Shown piece after piece: positions 42,399-55,597 of a stretch of DNA of 64,000 bases. Position numbers and translations under genes: made by a program. Under the pieces are notes generated by a model. The model had not been told where the DNA came from and made no database searches. It saw only the letters and a program-made list of their open reading frames with translations. Source of the DNA: Chrysomallon squamiferum (lineage: Eukaryota; Animalia; Mollusca). The stretch spans positions 11,904,001 to 11,968,000 of the forward strand of contig CM022671.1 in NCBI GenBank assembly GCA_012295275.1. Reading direction: 5' to 3'. Every line of letters starts with the position of its first letter. Within the stretch, counting starts at the first letter, position 1.

Positions 42399-42770
42399 TA
42401 TTTTATTTTATTTTTTTTTTTTTTTTTTTACCTTACTGGTTGATGTAAAACTTTCTGAATAATCTGCAAAATATATTTAAAAAAAATAATAATAAATAAA
42501 ATTCTGAAAAAAAAAAAAAAAAAAATGCAGAATAAATGAAATGAAATTAATATTTTGTATATAACTTTTTTATATATCATTAGAAAAAAATTGAATATTA
42601 AAAAATATTTTACAAATAATAAATAAATTTTACTTTCACTTGATTAAGCATATTAACTGTAACATTTTCTTCTGTTTTTTTAATTACTGGGTAATTACTT
42701 TTATTTATTGTAGACTAGTTAATATTGCATATAACAGCTATTCTAAAAATGCTCATAACACCTGTGGCAT
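39989..42770 (-). CDS. Putative small Ser/acidic-rich, probably disordered protein (~116 aa), multi-exon, no recognised family
   Basis: Phase-consistent minus-strand exons 41540-41477 (TDDTSPASSLGFSVSSCQHHS-G, cag/GTGAAT), 40880-40789 (EDNMISSSHSPPLSPRMYLTMYVADYSSPS, aag/GTAAGT), 40415-40317 (TCNSVPESPASSHGFLVSSTESESESSTDDAGP, aag/GTAAGA), 40075-39989 (DFSEQEKDSAVEGQSENVSDGSTTYSFT*, cag). Tentative start MPQ at 42770-42762 in exon 42819-42762; the start assignment is uncertain. Confidence 0.62.
42340..42398. repeat. (TTA)n microsatellite
   Basis: Direct reading; source of the poly-Leu ORF at 42244. Confidence 0.93.
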
Positions 42771-42946
42771 CCGTTGAAGTTTCTAGACGAAAGGCCTCAT
42801 TCTTTGAGCTATCTTTATCCTAAATACAAAAATTTCAAAACTTTAATGAATATAAGCTGTCTGACTCTAACGAAGGTGAAATTATCACCATTTTGGAAGA
42901 TTTTAAAATAAAGTGAAAAAATATATATTTAAACATATATACTTAC

Positions 42947-43263
42947 GTATGTTTGGTGTATAGTATTGTGGTGCAGTTGTTTTATGAAGAAACAGCGCGA
43001 AACAAAAGGAGATGAAAAATAATTTGGTTGTCAAAAAATAAGTTTAGAGCGCACCGGGTCGTTATTCGTCAGCTGAAAAATACTTTGTCTGGGTCGTTTT
43101 TTGGTACAAGATTTTTGTAACATAATAAACAAGAAATCAATCAAACTGATCACGATCTTACCATAATATTTCGAGGAAATTAGCTGTAGAATACTATTAA
43201 TTAAGATAGCAATTACGTCATCTATTAACGTCACGAATCTTATCCAAAAAGGTATCGGTAAAG
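42947..43263. promoter_or_regulatory. Probable bidirectional promoter and non-coding first exons for the cryptic gene (-) and the CCDC63/ODAD1-like gene (+)
   Basis: CpG-enriched patch bounded by divergent splice donors (minus GTAAGT starting 42946; plus AG/GTAGGT after 43263). CRE-like TTACGTCA at 43213-43220 and TAACGTCA at 43226-43233. Confidence 0.5.
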
Positions 43264-43358
43264 GTAGGTGAACTCAATTAAATAAAACGTTAATATCGGT
43301 ATCTGTATTAGAACTGTAATCATAATCGACAGATTACAGTACTGAATTAGCTGACATA

Positions 43359-43391
<33 letters not shown>

Positions 43392-43861
43392 GATCGGGTA
43401 TAGCAATACTGTTAAGGCATTAGCATTTTACTGATTGAATTGTCGTTGCATACATCATAATCATCATGTCTCACGTAATTATTTATTATCTAGGGTTGTT
43501 GCTTTCTACTAACGTAAACTAAACACTGCGGTACCCCAGAATTTCAAAAAGTCTGATTATCATCACTATTATTGCCTGTTTTGCTTATAATAATAAATAA
43601 ATAAATAAAAATAATCAATGGAGTGGGATGCACTGAATGTGTATGTACCAGCCTGAGTTCCGCGTACGATACAGAATGCATTTTCTAAAAATTTGTGATG
43701 TAACTTGGTAGAACAGACATTTTAAAATTGTTCTCAGTGTTTTGTTTTAAATTATTTATTTTGTAGAGAAGCATTTTTGTTTTTCTTATTTTTTTAATTT
43801 TAGTTTTTGAAATAGTTTTTAAATAATAGTTACCACATTATATATATAAGCTTCTCTGAAA

Positions 43862-46800
43862 ATGACTGAAAAACAACAGGCTGCTATACAGGATGTCGAA
43901 GAGGAAGAGGGAACTGTCGATCAGGAATTCTGTCGTCTGCGACGGCAGTTGCGTATTGTTGATGGAGAGAGGCGAAGTTATGCTGAAGATATTGGAAGAT
44001 GCATACGTAAACAAAAGTAGGTCTCTCGCGCTTAAATAATATATTTCAATGCGCACATTACTGAAAATAAGATTAAGTTTATTTAAAAAAAAAAAAAAAA
44101 AAAGTTTAAATGAATATAGTCAAACATAACTATATATATGTGTGTGTGTGTGTTTGCCTATGTGCGAATATTAATACCTGAATGCGTTTTGTGTGTATGT
44201 GCAGATTAACGTAATGACGTATTTTATCACTTTCGCTTTCCCCAAATTTATTTCAGTTTGTTAACTAAGTTACGGTGCAGCACTATTGTACATTGTAGTT
44301 TCTTCATTTTAGATATATTCTGCTAGAAACTTTTTTTTATAAATAAAAATTAATATTTACCAAAATAAATAATCTGTCAGTGGAGTGAAAACTAAATAAA
44401 TGTATGTCCTCTTTTGTTAAAGTGAAGATGTCATAATGTTCTTTTCATTTTTTTTTTTTTATTATTATTATTATTTTTTTTTTTTTTTTTTTGCCAGGCA
44501 TGAGATAGAACTGCTCTTGAAGGAACATGAAATTATAGCAACAGGCTTGGAGGTTGTCTTTAGCAAACGTAACCGAATAAAAGATGAAGCTAGTGCTGAT
44601 AAAATACGAGAACTTATACATGCCATGGATTACATAAACAAGCAAGCATCCTGGACCAGTGAAAAAATTGTTGAATTGGATAAGAAGGTTTGTAGAACCT
44701 GTTAGAAAAAAACTTTAAAAATGCAATTTTAATCCTTTAAAAAAAAAACTATCATAATACTGAAACTGAACCTAAAACCTGGGAAACAAAATAAAAACTA
44801 GACATAATCCTGCGCTTACACTTAATCCTAGAATCAATGATAAAAGCCATATCAATCCTAATCTTATAATTATAATAAACTACATGTTGATGTGCATGAC
44901 TGGAATCAGACATTAATATTTGAACATTGTGTCACATGTAAAAGTTGCATAATCATTGTATGAAAGATTTTTGTACCTACTCCAAAGATGATGTCATCAC
45001 AACAAAAGGAGCAAAAAATATGTTGAAACTTTACCGGTCCAATATTTATTATCAGCCAAAATGATCTGCCATATACAAAGAAAAACAAAAATTTATATAG
45101 TATTTGTTTGTACCACCAAAAATACATCTGACTGTCTATAAAACATTTATTTTACAGATAAATACAAAAATACATGAAATCAGGGTAACAGAAAAGGAAC
45201 ATGGAGTTAAGCCTGGACCCGAGTTGTTGAAAATACTGTCAAAAAGAATGCGTATACTGGAAAATACTCAACATTCAGTAGGTTGTTAATGTTAAACATT
45301 TATTTTTAAATTTTTAAAATATTTATTATTATTTAATGTGATGTTTATACACTTACAGTCTCAGTAATGTTATGTTAGAAGCAGAGGTGAAACTAATAAG
45401 CTGAAACTTCAGGGCCCTTAATCCCAGAGGCCCCCAGAAGTAACTTTAGTCCACATTTCTTCAAAATTCTCATCAAATTCTGAGACATGTTTAGACTTTG
45501 CCACAGAAGAAGGTAAAAGTAGCTATTTGCTGCATGTGAAAGACCCCAAAACAGTTCCAGCTTCAGAGCCCCACTGGTTAGCAGGTGCTCTGTAATAACA
45601 GATTTTACTTACTTGATTTCACTGATTATTTACAGGCAATGATGAAATTCAACACCCAGCTGACTGCCAATGTCAAACTTCGCCAGGAACTGGATCATTA
45701 CAGGCAGGACAAGGCCAAATTCGACAGCATCTATCTTCAGCTACTTACAAAGCTGAAAACGATTTCTAAAAAGCATGCTCAGCTGATTAAAGAGGCATCT
45801 GATACCTATGTATTGAGGTGTGTACCTTATTACTTTCATAGAAAACACACAGATATCTACATATTATAAAAAGAAGTGGATTTTGAAAAGTAGAGTTTTG
45901 TATGGAAAGATTTGCACTAAATTATAAATCTTTGTTTAACAGTGTCAAAATTCAAAGGGTAGAAAACATTCTTTGCATTTATTTAACTCTGTATTTTAAA
46001 ACTGATTACATTTGAACATTGCTGATTATCAGCAGTGTATAAACAGGAGTCTGAACAGGTGTATTTAACATAATGCTTGAACAAAATCCATTACTTTTTT
46101 CTTTACAAAATTTAAGTATAATGCATTATGGATATTTTTATCATAAATCCAAAGTTAGAAAATAGTACAATCTACTGTCATAGATAGTTTTCTTTAAAAA
46201 AAATAAAAAGTTAGATTAATGGTAATATTTTTAATTGTTATCACCAGAGATGAAGCCAAAAAAGAAATCATAGATGTTGAAAAGTATTATTAACTGAATT
46301 TTTTTTTTTTTTTTTTTACAAATTTAAATTATGTTTTTTTCAACACATGAATTTAACATAAGAAAATAGTATTATCCAGTGTCAGAATTACTGTAGTTTA
46401 AAGAAGAAGATTGATAATAATGTTAATAATTGTCACAAGAGATGAAGTAAAGAACAAGCAGAGGTTGATGGAAATGAAGGAGGAGAGTGAAATAGCTGAG
46501 CATGCTATTGAGATGCAGGAACTGCAGCGAGTGATAGGACAGAGAAGCAAACTCTATTACTTCATGAACGTTAAGCTGAATGACCGGGCTGATTACAAAG
46601 AAGAAGAGGAGAAGAAAAAGCTTAAAACAAGTCAGTGATCATTAATAACTTTTAATGAAAATATACTTTTTATACTGTTCTGTGGAATATTCTGATATCT
46701 AAAGAAACAACAGCTTAGAGGTATCTTAGACACATTTTATGAGTTTACTAATATTAACGTTTCCATGTATTTAAAAATAAATGCATGTGTATCAATATAA

Positions 46801-49238
46801 TTTTACTTACTGACCCTGTCACTGACAATGAGTGTAATGTTCAAAATTAAAAGGGAATTAATTATATGATAATTTATAAATACTTATCTTCATGTGTCTT
46901 CAAAAGGCAATTATAATTATACTGTAAATGCAAAAATAATCTATTACTGACTTTCTTTGCTTTAGTAGCCCCAAGTTAGCACAACTTATACTATAAGTAG
47001 CCCAAAAAGTCACAAATGACCAAATTCAAAATTTAGAAAGACTGGACTTTCAAAAGTAGCCCAGTTTTTTAACTTGGTAACACTGAGTAACACTGAACTT
47101 TAGTAACACTGAGCTGTGGCTTGACCAGTAACTGGTTAAATTAAAGTCATGTTTCATCATGTCATACCTGCAGCAAGTAAAAGAGTAGCACACCGAATCA
47201 GTCACAGAATTAGGAAACAGTAACTGAATAATAAAGTTGTGAGGTGTTGATTAATTTCAGAAACATTTTTTGTGGACAGTGAAACTGATAAAAATCGAAT
47301 TGGCAGATATGAGTTGGCATTTAATGAGCTCAGGCAAGTCACTGGGAAAGATGACATACATTCTATCACTACATTCTGTATGAACAAAGAGACTGAAAAC
47401 TTTGCCCTGTTCAAGTATGTCAGTGAGTTGGAGGATGATGAATTGAAAGTGAAAGAGGACATTGAAAATGTGAGAAAAGAGGCTGCAAATATTGAAAAAA
47501 CAGATATTGATACTGAAGCAGAGAGACATGAATGGCTCAGAGAACTAGAGGTTTGTATGGATAAGTAAAACTGAGTTATAAATATTTGTTGAGAGTTTAC
47601 TGTTCTCAAAGTGATTGGGTTGGTATCTTTATTGCATTTGTGAAAAGAAAAATCTCTGTGTGGCATGGTAACAAATACCAGTCATAAAAGATCATTCTAA
47701 TTAAACACATGGTAATTAAATAGCGTGAAAGCTCTCTCTTATTCATTTACTTCTTACCCATACTTTACATATTGAGATTAGAAATATAATTAACTGGCAA
47801 GTGAAGAAAATTAAATATTTCACAAATTAATAATAATAATAAAATGTCCTGATGAAAATATATTGAAATTCAAAGCAGTAGCAAGAATACACTTGTTGCT
47901 GAGCTATATATATCTAAAGGATAGGCTTATATTGACACAGTTACGTAATTTCACAGGAAGAAGGTAATGAAGCAGGCAGAGCAGCAGATGAAGCAGAAAA
48001 GACTATAACAGAAATATCCCGGTCTCTGCATGAGATTATAGCTCAAGTCAGTTCCATCTTCAAAACTCTGGGTTGTGATGAGTCAAAAATCACCAACATG
48101 TTGGGACAAAAAGATGGAGCCACTGAGAAAACTGTCATGTTTTACATGGGTCTGATTGAACAGAAAATAGCTGAGCTAATATTCTCTCTCAACTTACAGG
48201 CCATGTTGGTAAATTATGTGATAATCTTACAAATATTGCAGTTCCATAACAAGACAACAAAATTTCATGAAACAAGAAAACAATTTACTTACTTGTGTTA
48301 CTGTTTAATACCCATCAGCTTTCTGATAAATTCATTTTATTTAAAATAATAACTGAATCAGTATGCACATTTAGATGTTAACAAATTTTTAAAATATATT
48401 GAAAACTGATTTCAAATTTCTTTTCTGTGATTATTAGTTGTGTGTTATATATAAAACACACACACACAGACACACACCTTTTTTTTTTTTTTTTTTTTTC
48501 AATTTTATTAATTATATCAGGTTTTGTAAAACTTCTTATATATGGTCGCATTTTCAGAAAATGGAACCTGTTACAACAAGAAGAAACTCTCTATATTTTG
48601 ATATGTCTGAGCCTGTTAAACTTAACAAAATTGAAATCACACCACCTGATATAAAGTTAGTATTAATTTATACCAAGCTTCAGTCACAGTTCTTGCCTTG
48701 ATCAAGTGACTCAGTATATCTCAGATCAATGACATAACAGAATCAAATTAATTTGTAAAAAATATAATCTCTCCCAGTTTTCTCTGTAGACCATTAAATT
48801 TATATTGCACTTTTTAAAATTTTATAATTATGTCCACAGTAAACTGACATGATGTGGTTTCACTTAATATGCAATGTTGTTTAGTTATTCTAGTCAAAGC
48901 TTGTTGCTTCCCAGTTTTTTCACAACATTTGCCTTGAATGAGTTTTCTTTGAGTAAAACATGTACATACCTATTTGTGTTTATCTTCATTTATGTTTGTG
49001 TGTGTGTATGTGTATGTTTGTTAGTGTACATGTGCATATGTGTGTTTGTTTGTGTTTACCTGTGATTGTAAAAAGTAGATATTTTCAATACAGAACTGAT
49101 GAATTTCTTGGTGAAGCTGATATATGTCCACTCACTTTGGAAGAACTTCGTGCAGTGGTAATGAAGAAGATACATATGTCTGGTGATGACACTGGATCTA
49201 CAGTCACAGCAAGAAAAAACAGCAATACAAATATATAA
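43862..49238 (+). CDS. CCDC63: Outer dynein arm docking complex coiled-coil protein, CCDC63/ODAD1 (CCDC114) family, 9 coding exons, ~540 aa
   Basis: Exons 43862-44016, 44498-44687, 45158-45277, 45636-45817, 46440-46630, 47261-47550, 47957-48208, 48558-48655, 49094-49238 (TAA). Phases match; total 1623 nt. Family motifs: EFCRLRRQLRIVDGERRSY, RILEN, KFNTQLTANVKLRQELDHYR, FMNVKLNDR, ENFALFKYVSE, YMGLIEQK, PLTLEELR. CCDC63 versus ODAD1 orthology cannot be resolved by eye. Confidence 0.88.
45382..45592. mobile_element. Probable short non-autonomous DNA transposon (MITE) remnant in intron 3 of the CCDC63-like gene
   Basis: ~210-bp GC-richer island with CAGAG...CTCTG ends and two copies of an internal CTTCAGRGCCC motif. 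Target-site duplication not established. Confidence 0.4.
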
Positions 49239-49625
49239 TTTCAATTATAGACAGCAGCAAAAATGTATAATCTCAATTGTAAACAGTACACGTATAATCT
49301 CAATTATAAACAGCAGCAAAAATGGATAATCTCAATTGTAAACAGCAGCACAAATGGATAATCTCAATTATAAACAGCAGCACAAATGGATAATCTCAAT
49401 TGTAAACAGCAGCACAAATGGATAATCTCAATTATAAACAGTGGTACAAATATGTAATATTAATTATAAACACTATAAATATGTAATATCAATTATAAAC
49501 AGCAGCACAAATCTGTAGTATCAATTATAAACAGCATCACAAATATGTAATATCAATTATAAACAGCAGCACAAATGTATAGTCTCAATCACAAACAGAA
49601 GCAAAAATGCATAATCTCTCAAAAA
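49217..49625. repeat. 32-bp minisatellite, ~13 units, overlapping the stop codon and 3' UTR of the CCDC63-like gene
   Basis: Consensus AAACAGCAGCACAAATGGATAATCTCAATTRT. Unit starts at 49217, 49249, 49281 (short), 49308, 49340, 49372, 49404, 49436, 49468 (short), 49497, 49529, 49561, 49593. Confidence 0.92.
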
Positions 49626-51335
49626 CAGTTCAACAAATATTCTCAATAAACAAAATTAATTAAATTATGTAATTATGCTGTTTAAAAAAGAATTATTTTT
49701 TAATATTTGAAAGGTGGTGAATTATTTAATTTTTTTGTTTGTTTCTCAGTTCTCATCTGGCTGTTTGATAGTAAAAAGAATTAATTTTTATTTGTTTGAT
49801 ATTTAATTTAAAATAATAAGCACTTATATTATTCTTATATAAGCAGGGAGGGAAAATATTATTTATTTTTTTAATTATTATTTTATTTTATTTTTTTGTT
49901 AATAAGAAGCTGGTCTTGGATTAATTTAGAACTTTTAATTTTGTATTTTTTTTTTTTTTTTTAAATGTGTTTAGAATTTTAGCCAGATGTGTAAATTTAT
50001 TAATTTATTTTTACTGCTTTGAATTTTTCATTCTAAAATTACATGTATTTTGTATATATCAATGAGTAAGTGCTTGACTGAATGTACCTCACTAAAAGTA
50101 CAAAGATTCATAATTTAAATGATGAATATTTATTTTTAATTTGTTTTAAAAATTCCCTTTATGTATTATTACTATTCCTTTCATGACTTTTAATTATTTA
50201 TATTTATTTATGTGATTTTGATACAGTGATCTATTCAATATTTTCCATGTATCAAACCATTTTTAAAAATATTTTTAAAATATGATGTAAATTAGATTAA
50301 GAGCATAAGAATATCAAATGTACTTGTTTACTTTTAATTTTATAGTCATGTTTTATTCTGAATCTATAGATTTTACATAACTTTTTGGTATATTGAATAT
50401 GCAGAAATTAATAAACAATTATACTAGAATTATATATACATTTGTAGTGTCTTGTATGACATTCTGTATTGATATATATTTTATTAGAAAGTATTTATGT
50501 TCACATTTTTACAAACATTGTTTTAACATTCTGATGTATACAGATACTTGTTTACTGTATTTTGTTTCATACACAGGTTTTACTAGCCAGTGAAATACTG
50601 TACTGTTATATTTGCAAACAAAATAAACGTTTTTCATCAATAAATGCATTTATCAGTAGATAATTTTTTGGTTTGTTTCTTAGCCTTTAATTTTACAAAT
50701 CATTCTGCACACACACACACACACACACACACATACAGGGAAACATAGATACATTAATTTTCTATATACCTTCAGTTTTATTTTATCTTTCATTGTTCTT
50801 TTGTGTTTTATATGTTGTTCTGTTTTGGGTTTTTCCTTGTGTTCTCTTTTTTTTCTCTCTTTTTTTAAAGTTTCATTCTTTTATTTATTTATTTATTTAT
50901 TTATTATTTTAACCCCAAAACAGCAGAACTGTTTTATGAAGCCAATATTTTAACCTGTAATTTCAAGTACAGGTTATTCAATTCATTTGACTGTTCTGTA
51001 AGAATTAAGACTTTAAAATGTCACAACTGAAAGTCAGTGGCAGGAGGAAGCAAGACCACAGCTGGCTCAGAGTAATTAGACAAAAAGAAAGAACAAAAAG
51101 ATAAGTTTAATATTTATTTCATTTATTTTTATTATAAATAATCGTTTAAATACATGTAAAATGTTATGATACTCAGTGTGACAGTGTGACATAATACAGA
51201 TAGGACAAGATATTTTTACTTCTTAAGTTTATCAATCCTTCAGATAATATTTTATGTCACGTAATAGACTGAGATACACTAGTCACAGTTAATTAAGGAC
51301 TATAGTAAACATTCAACCTAATTCATATTACACAG

Positions 51336-51381
<46 letters not shown>

Positions 51382-52460
51382 ATAGACATAATGTCTGGCA
51401 GAGATTGTTGAATTTGGTTAAAGAATTATAAACTGCATCAAATTTTACCATTTTTTACTTTTATGTTGCCTAGAAAACCAATATTCTAAAAGACACTCGT
51501 TTCTGCTGACTGAAATGCAGACTGGCCTCAGGTCAGTTTCTTAATTCTGACTTTTCATATTTAGTTTGTGTACATTTGGCACTGGATATCGTGTTACTAA
51601 TATAAAAACCATAACCGAAGCACAAAACCGAAAGAAACAACCAAAAACCCAACGAAAAATAAAAAAATAAATATATAAAAATGTCTAGAGAGTGTATATG
51701 GATTGTCAGATTTTAATCAGATTCAACATGTTTTTTTATTCCTATGGAGCAAACCCTCATTCCCAAAAACTTACACTAAAAAAAGATGATATCAAATTAT
51801 CATTATACAGCTTTTCACTTTCTTTTTCTTATATTTTACAGTGAATAATAACAATATTAAAAAAACATACAAAGATATCTTATGATCTAGCTATAAATGT
51901 CATGATAAGGTATAAATAAACAAGCGATACAAATCCAGTAATAAAGCAGGTGGTCTGTTAGGGTTTCTAGACGTTTTCAAAAGCACCAGGTAAGTTTCCA
52001 GATCATAACATCAACATATATTATCAGATAAACTAAATCGTGAACAAATCATATATAAATATCTATAAAAGCAAATGGAAAATGCTATCTGGATATATAC
52101 TTTGAATATCAATTAATTAGAAATAAATACTTATATTGCAAATTGTTTAAAGTATCAACAGAATTTTTTTTTTTTTTTTTTTTTTTAATACTTTATTTTT
52201 TAATGGCAGTGAAAAGAATAGGAGTAATAATCGTGGTAATCATGATATCAGGAAAATGTACGATATATGCACTAATTAACTGTTATTAAAGTTACTCACA
52301 TAGATATTTTAATTATCTGTTGTAATAGTAAGTAAATAAATTGGTTAAAAAAATAAATAAATAAAAAATATAAATAAAGAATAATAATTTAATCTGAAAT
52401 TTTGTAATAATTAATTTTAAAGGAACAAAAGCAAATAACTTCTTTTGTTTTGTAGATAAA

Positions 52461-52948
52461 ATGAAACTCTTCGTGTTTTTAAGTTTGGTGACATTTGTAT
52501 TTGGGTAAGATACACAAAAATATAATTTGTATAAATGAAATTCAAAACTGGCCCTTTGAGATTTTAACAATAAAATTGTTTATATTTAATAAAGTGTTAT
52601 ATATCATAGTAAAAAATGTAAAAATTGTTGGAGTATTTTTAATGAAAATGATATAATTACGAAAAAAAATTTTGCACATCTCCATCTGAAAATCGTTCTA
52701 ACATTCCTGTTGAATTTCTAACCAAGACAAGATTAGGTCAGCATAGTAAATTACTAATGTGGCATCTTTATCTGCATGTGCAGTGATAGCCCGTACAGCT
52801 GTGTGCACAGTAATCACGATCAACATACAGCTGATCAGGTAATTGACTGGGTGATACGCGAAATGGATCACAATACTGATGGAGTAGTCGGGGATTCAGA
52901 GTTCATCGCAGAATTTATAATCAACTTTGATAGTCATCCACGTGAGTA

Positions 52949-52979
<31 letters not shown>

Positions 52980-55564
52980 TATATTACATGGCGTAGTAGC
53001 TAAAGTGCAAGGCTATAACAAAATTGAGGCAAATACTAAAACTGACGATTTTTTCTCGTACGAAAATGTTATTTAAAAAATACAAAATATAAATCTCTAT
53101 TCCGATAGAAACGATATCTACTGAATGAATTCGTTTGTGTCTACGGTTACCGTTTGAAGTCTACCGACATCTTTGTGATGAAAGACATAACTGAATTCAA
53201 AGATATCTGCTATCAAACAGGAAATGGCTAGAATCGAGGATTTTGCGTCTTTCAAGCCAGAGCTTTTAGGGGCCCCAGGCAGACCCCAGATCCCTCGGCC
53301 AAATTTCATCGTCTCATTTCAAAAAGAGTCTAATTACAGCCATGTATTAGTAGCGGGAGTATAAAATCACGACTATTTTCTTAATTAATAGGGTCGAACC
53401 TTAAGTTGTTAAAAACTATTCTGTTAGAGTTTCCAGTTCTGGTAGCAGTACAGTACTTTGTGTGTACAAGAAAGAAAAACGACAACAATAACAAAATCCA
53501 GTAAACTCTTCCTTGCAAATTGATATATTAAAGGTAACGTTACTCACATAAAATAATGTGATTCGAGGTGGGATAGTTAACTAAAATGTTTTTGAGAAAA
53601 TGCGATAAATAGAAAACTCTTAACATTTTTTTCTTGGACAAGTACCAGAGTAATACATTATATTTAGGTTATGAATGATGTGATGTTATGTTTAGATGAT
53701 CTGAAAATCGACCATGATGAATTCGTCTATCGGTGGGAGAACCATTATCGTGACGTAAGACATTTCAGTGAATACTTGTGGCTCCACCTTGACACAAACC
53801 ATGATGGCTTCCTGGATACTGCTGATCTAACTAATATCATACAGGACATGGATGGTAAGAAACTATTAGCATCGCTTATGGGTCATTCCGTGTCAAATCA
53901 TCCAAAAAAATAATTCATATTTTTAAATTAGACCGTCTCACATATTTATGAAACTTGGTATACTTGTTGATTGGGATCCCACAGCACCAAATCCGATATT
54001 TTAGGACAGTTGGACCAGTGGTGTGGGAGAAATGGCTCCCCCGAACTTTGAGATTTTCTCAGGAACTACTGGGCCAATCTTCATAAAATTGGTATTGTTG
54101 AAAAGGCAATATGACAAGGATTCCAAATCTGCCATTATTGTTCAGTTTGGGGAATGTTCGGGTACACTGACCTTTTTACCTTTGTTATGACCTTGAAATT
54201 GACCTTGTGGGTCACGTGACCTTGAAATTACCTTTCTTGAAATTTAATCTCCCACATGTTAACTAAAACATACAAAAGTTTCAGGGGTGTAATATTCTTC
54301 GTTTAGCAGCAATACACATTCAAAAATTGCTTGACCATGAAAATAACACCTTTTCAGCCATTAATATCAGATTAGCTAAAACCTGAATGACCAATCCCTG
54401 ATGCTAGGAATCACCATCTGTCTTGATCACCGAGTAATATACTGTAGGCCTTCTTTTGGATCTACTTAGTATTATGTCAGTTGTTTATAATGATCCACAA
54501 ACACGTGTTCGCTAGGGTACAATTTATTCAAACCGAAGTTGGGCGAGAGGATTAGCTTGGCCCTTTTAAACTGAGTTGGTAAAAATCTAAGAATACATTT
54601 TGGTTATTTTAATCAGTTTCTTTTGTTGAACTATTAGTATCTTGAGAATACCAAAACTCACACAAGTGTCTTATATCTCCAATTTTTTTAAAAAAGAAAT
54701 CCAGACCTTTTTAGAAGCACAATCTACAAACCTACAAACCAAAAAAATATTAAATACACTAGTATTGGAGATTCTCATCTACCTTACCAAGTTTGACGGG
54801 AGCGGGGTATTACGGGGATGAGTATATGGTGTGCTAGATTTTAAAGGGATCTATTAGCAGCCTGCTAACTGGCACGATCTGCGGACCACGGGTTACTGAT
54901 CCCTGTTATACACCATTAATATACGTTTAGATATTATTAAAATTTGTTAATAATTAATTTTGAGAAATGTTTTTTTTGTACATGGTTTTATGAAAACTGC
55001 CAAACGGCATTATAGTTCAGTAGATTTATTATTAACCTAGAACAAAGTTCCAGTAATATATTATGGGGTCTAGGGTGAACAATCAAAAAAAATAATGGCC
55101 ATCAGAGATTTTGCTGACGATCATTTTGAATTTATGCGAATTGGGGCCCAGATTTTGACCGAATTAGATGTGGATATTCAGAATTACAAACCCTAACAGA
55201 AAGTAATAATTAAAAATTCAATTACATTTTGTTCTAGGAAAAGCCTTTTTTTCTTTTTCTTTTTTCTCCCTAATTCTGTTGGATTATTATTTGAAAACTT
55301 ATAAAAGTATAAAGATCTTTATTAGAGTATTAGTATGTTGCAGGTGATATGGATGGAACTGTTACCACTCGAGAATTCAGGTTGTGGATGGAAGATGTAT
55401 GTATTAATAATTGTTGTATGTAATCAGAAACACACAACATTCACGTGTAATTAGAAACAGCAGTAATAAAAAAATAGTAAATGCTACATTCATATCTCAT
55501 ATTATATTTCCATTTAACTAACTCGTTTTTCTTTCTTTCTTTCATCTCTTTTTTTTATTATTAT

Positions 55565-55597
<33 letters not shown>

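Noticed and set aside
47202-47666. 154-aa minus-strand ORF
   Set aside because: Antisense shadow of CCDC63-like exon 6.
49217-49625. CRISPR-like 32-bp periodicity
   Set aside because: Units are contiguous with no unique spacers, no cas genes are present, and the context is eukaryotic. It is a minisatellite.
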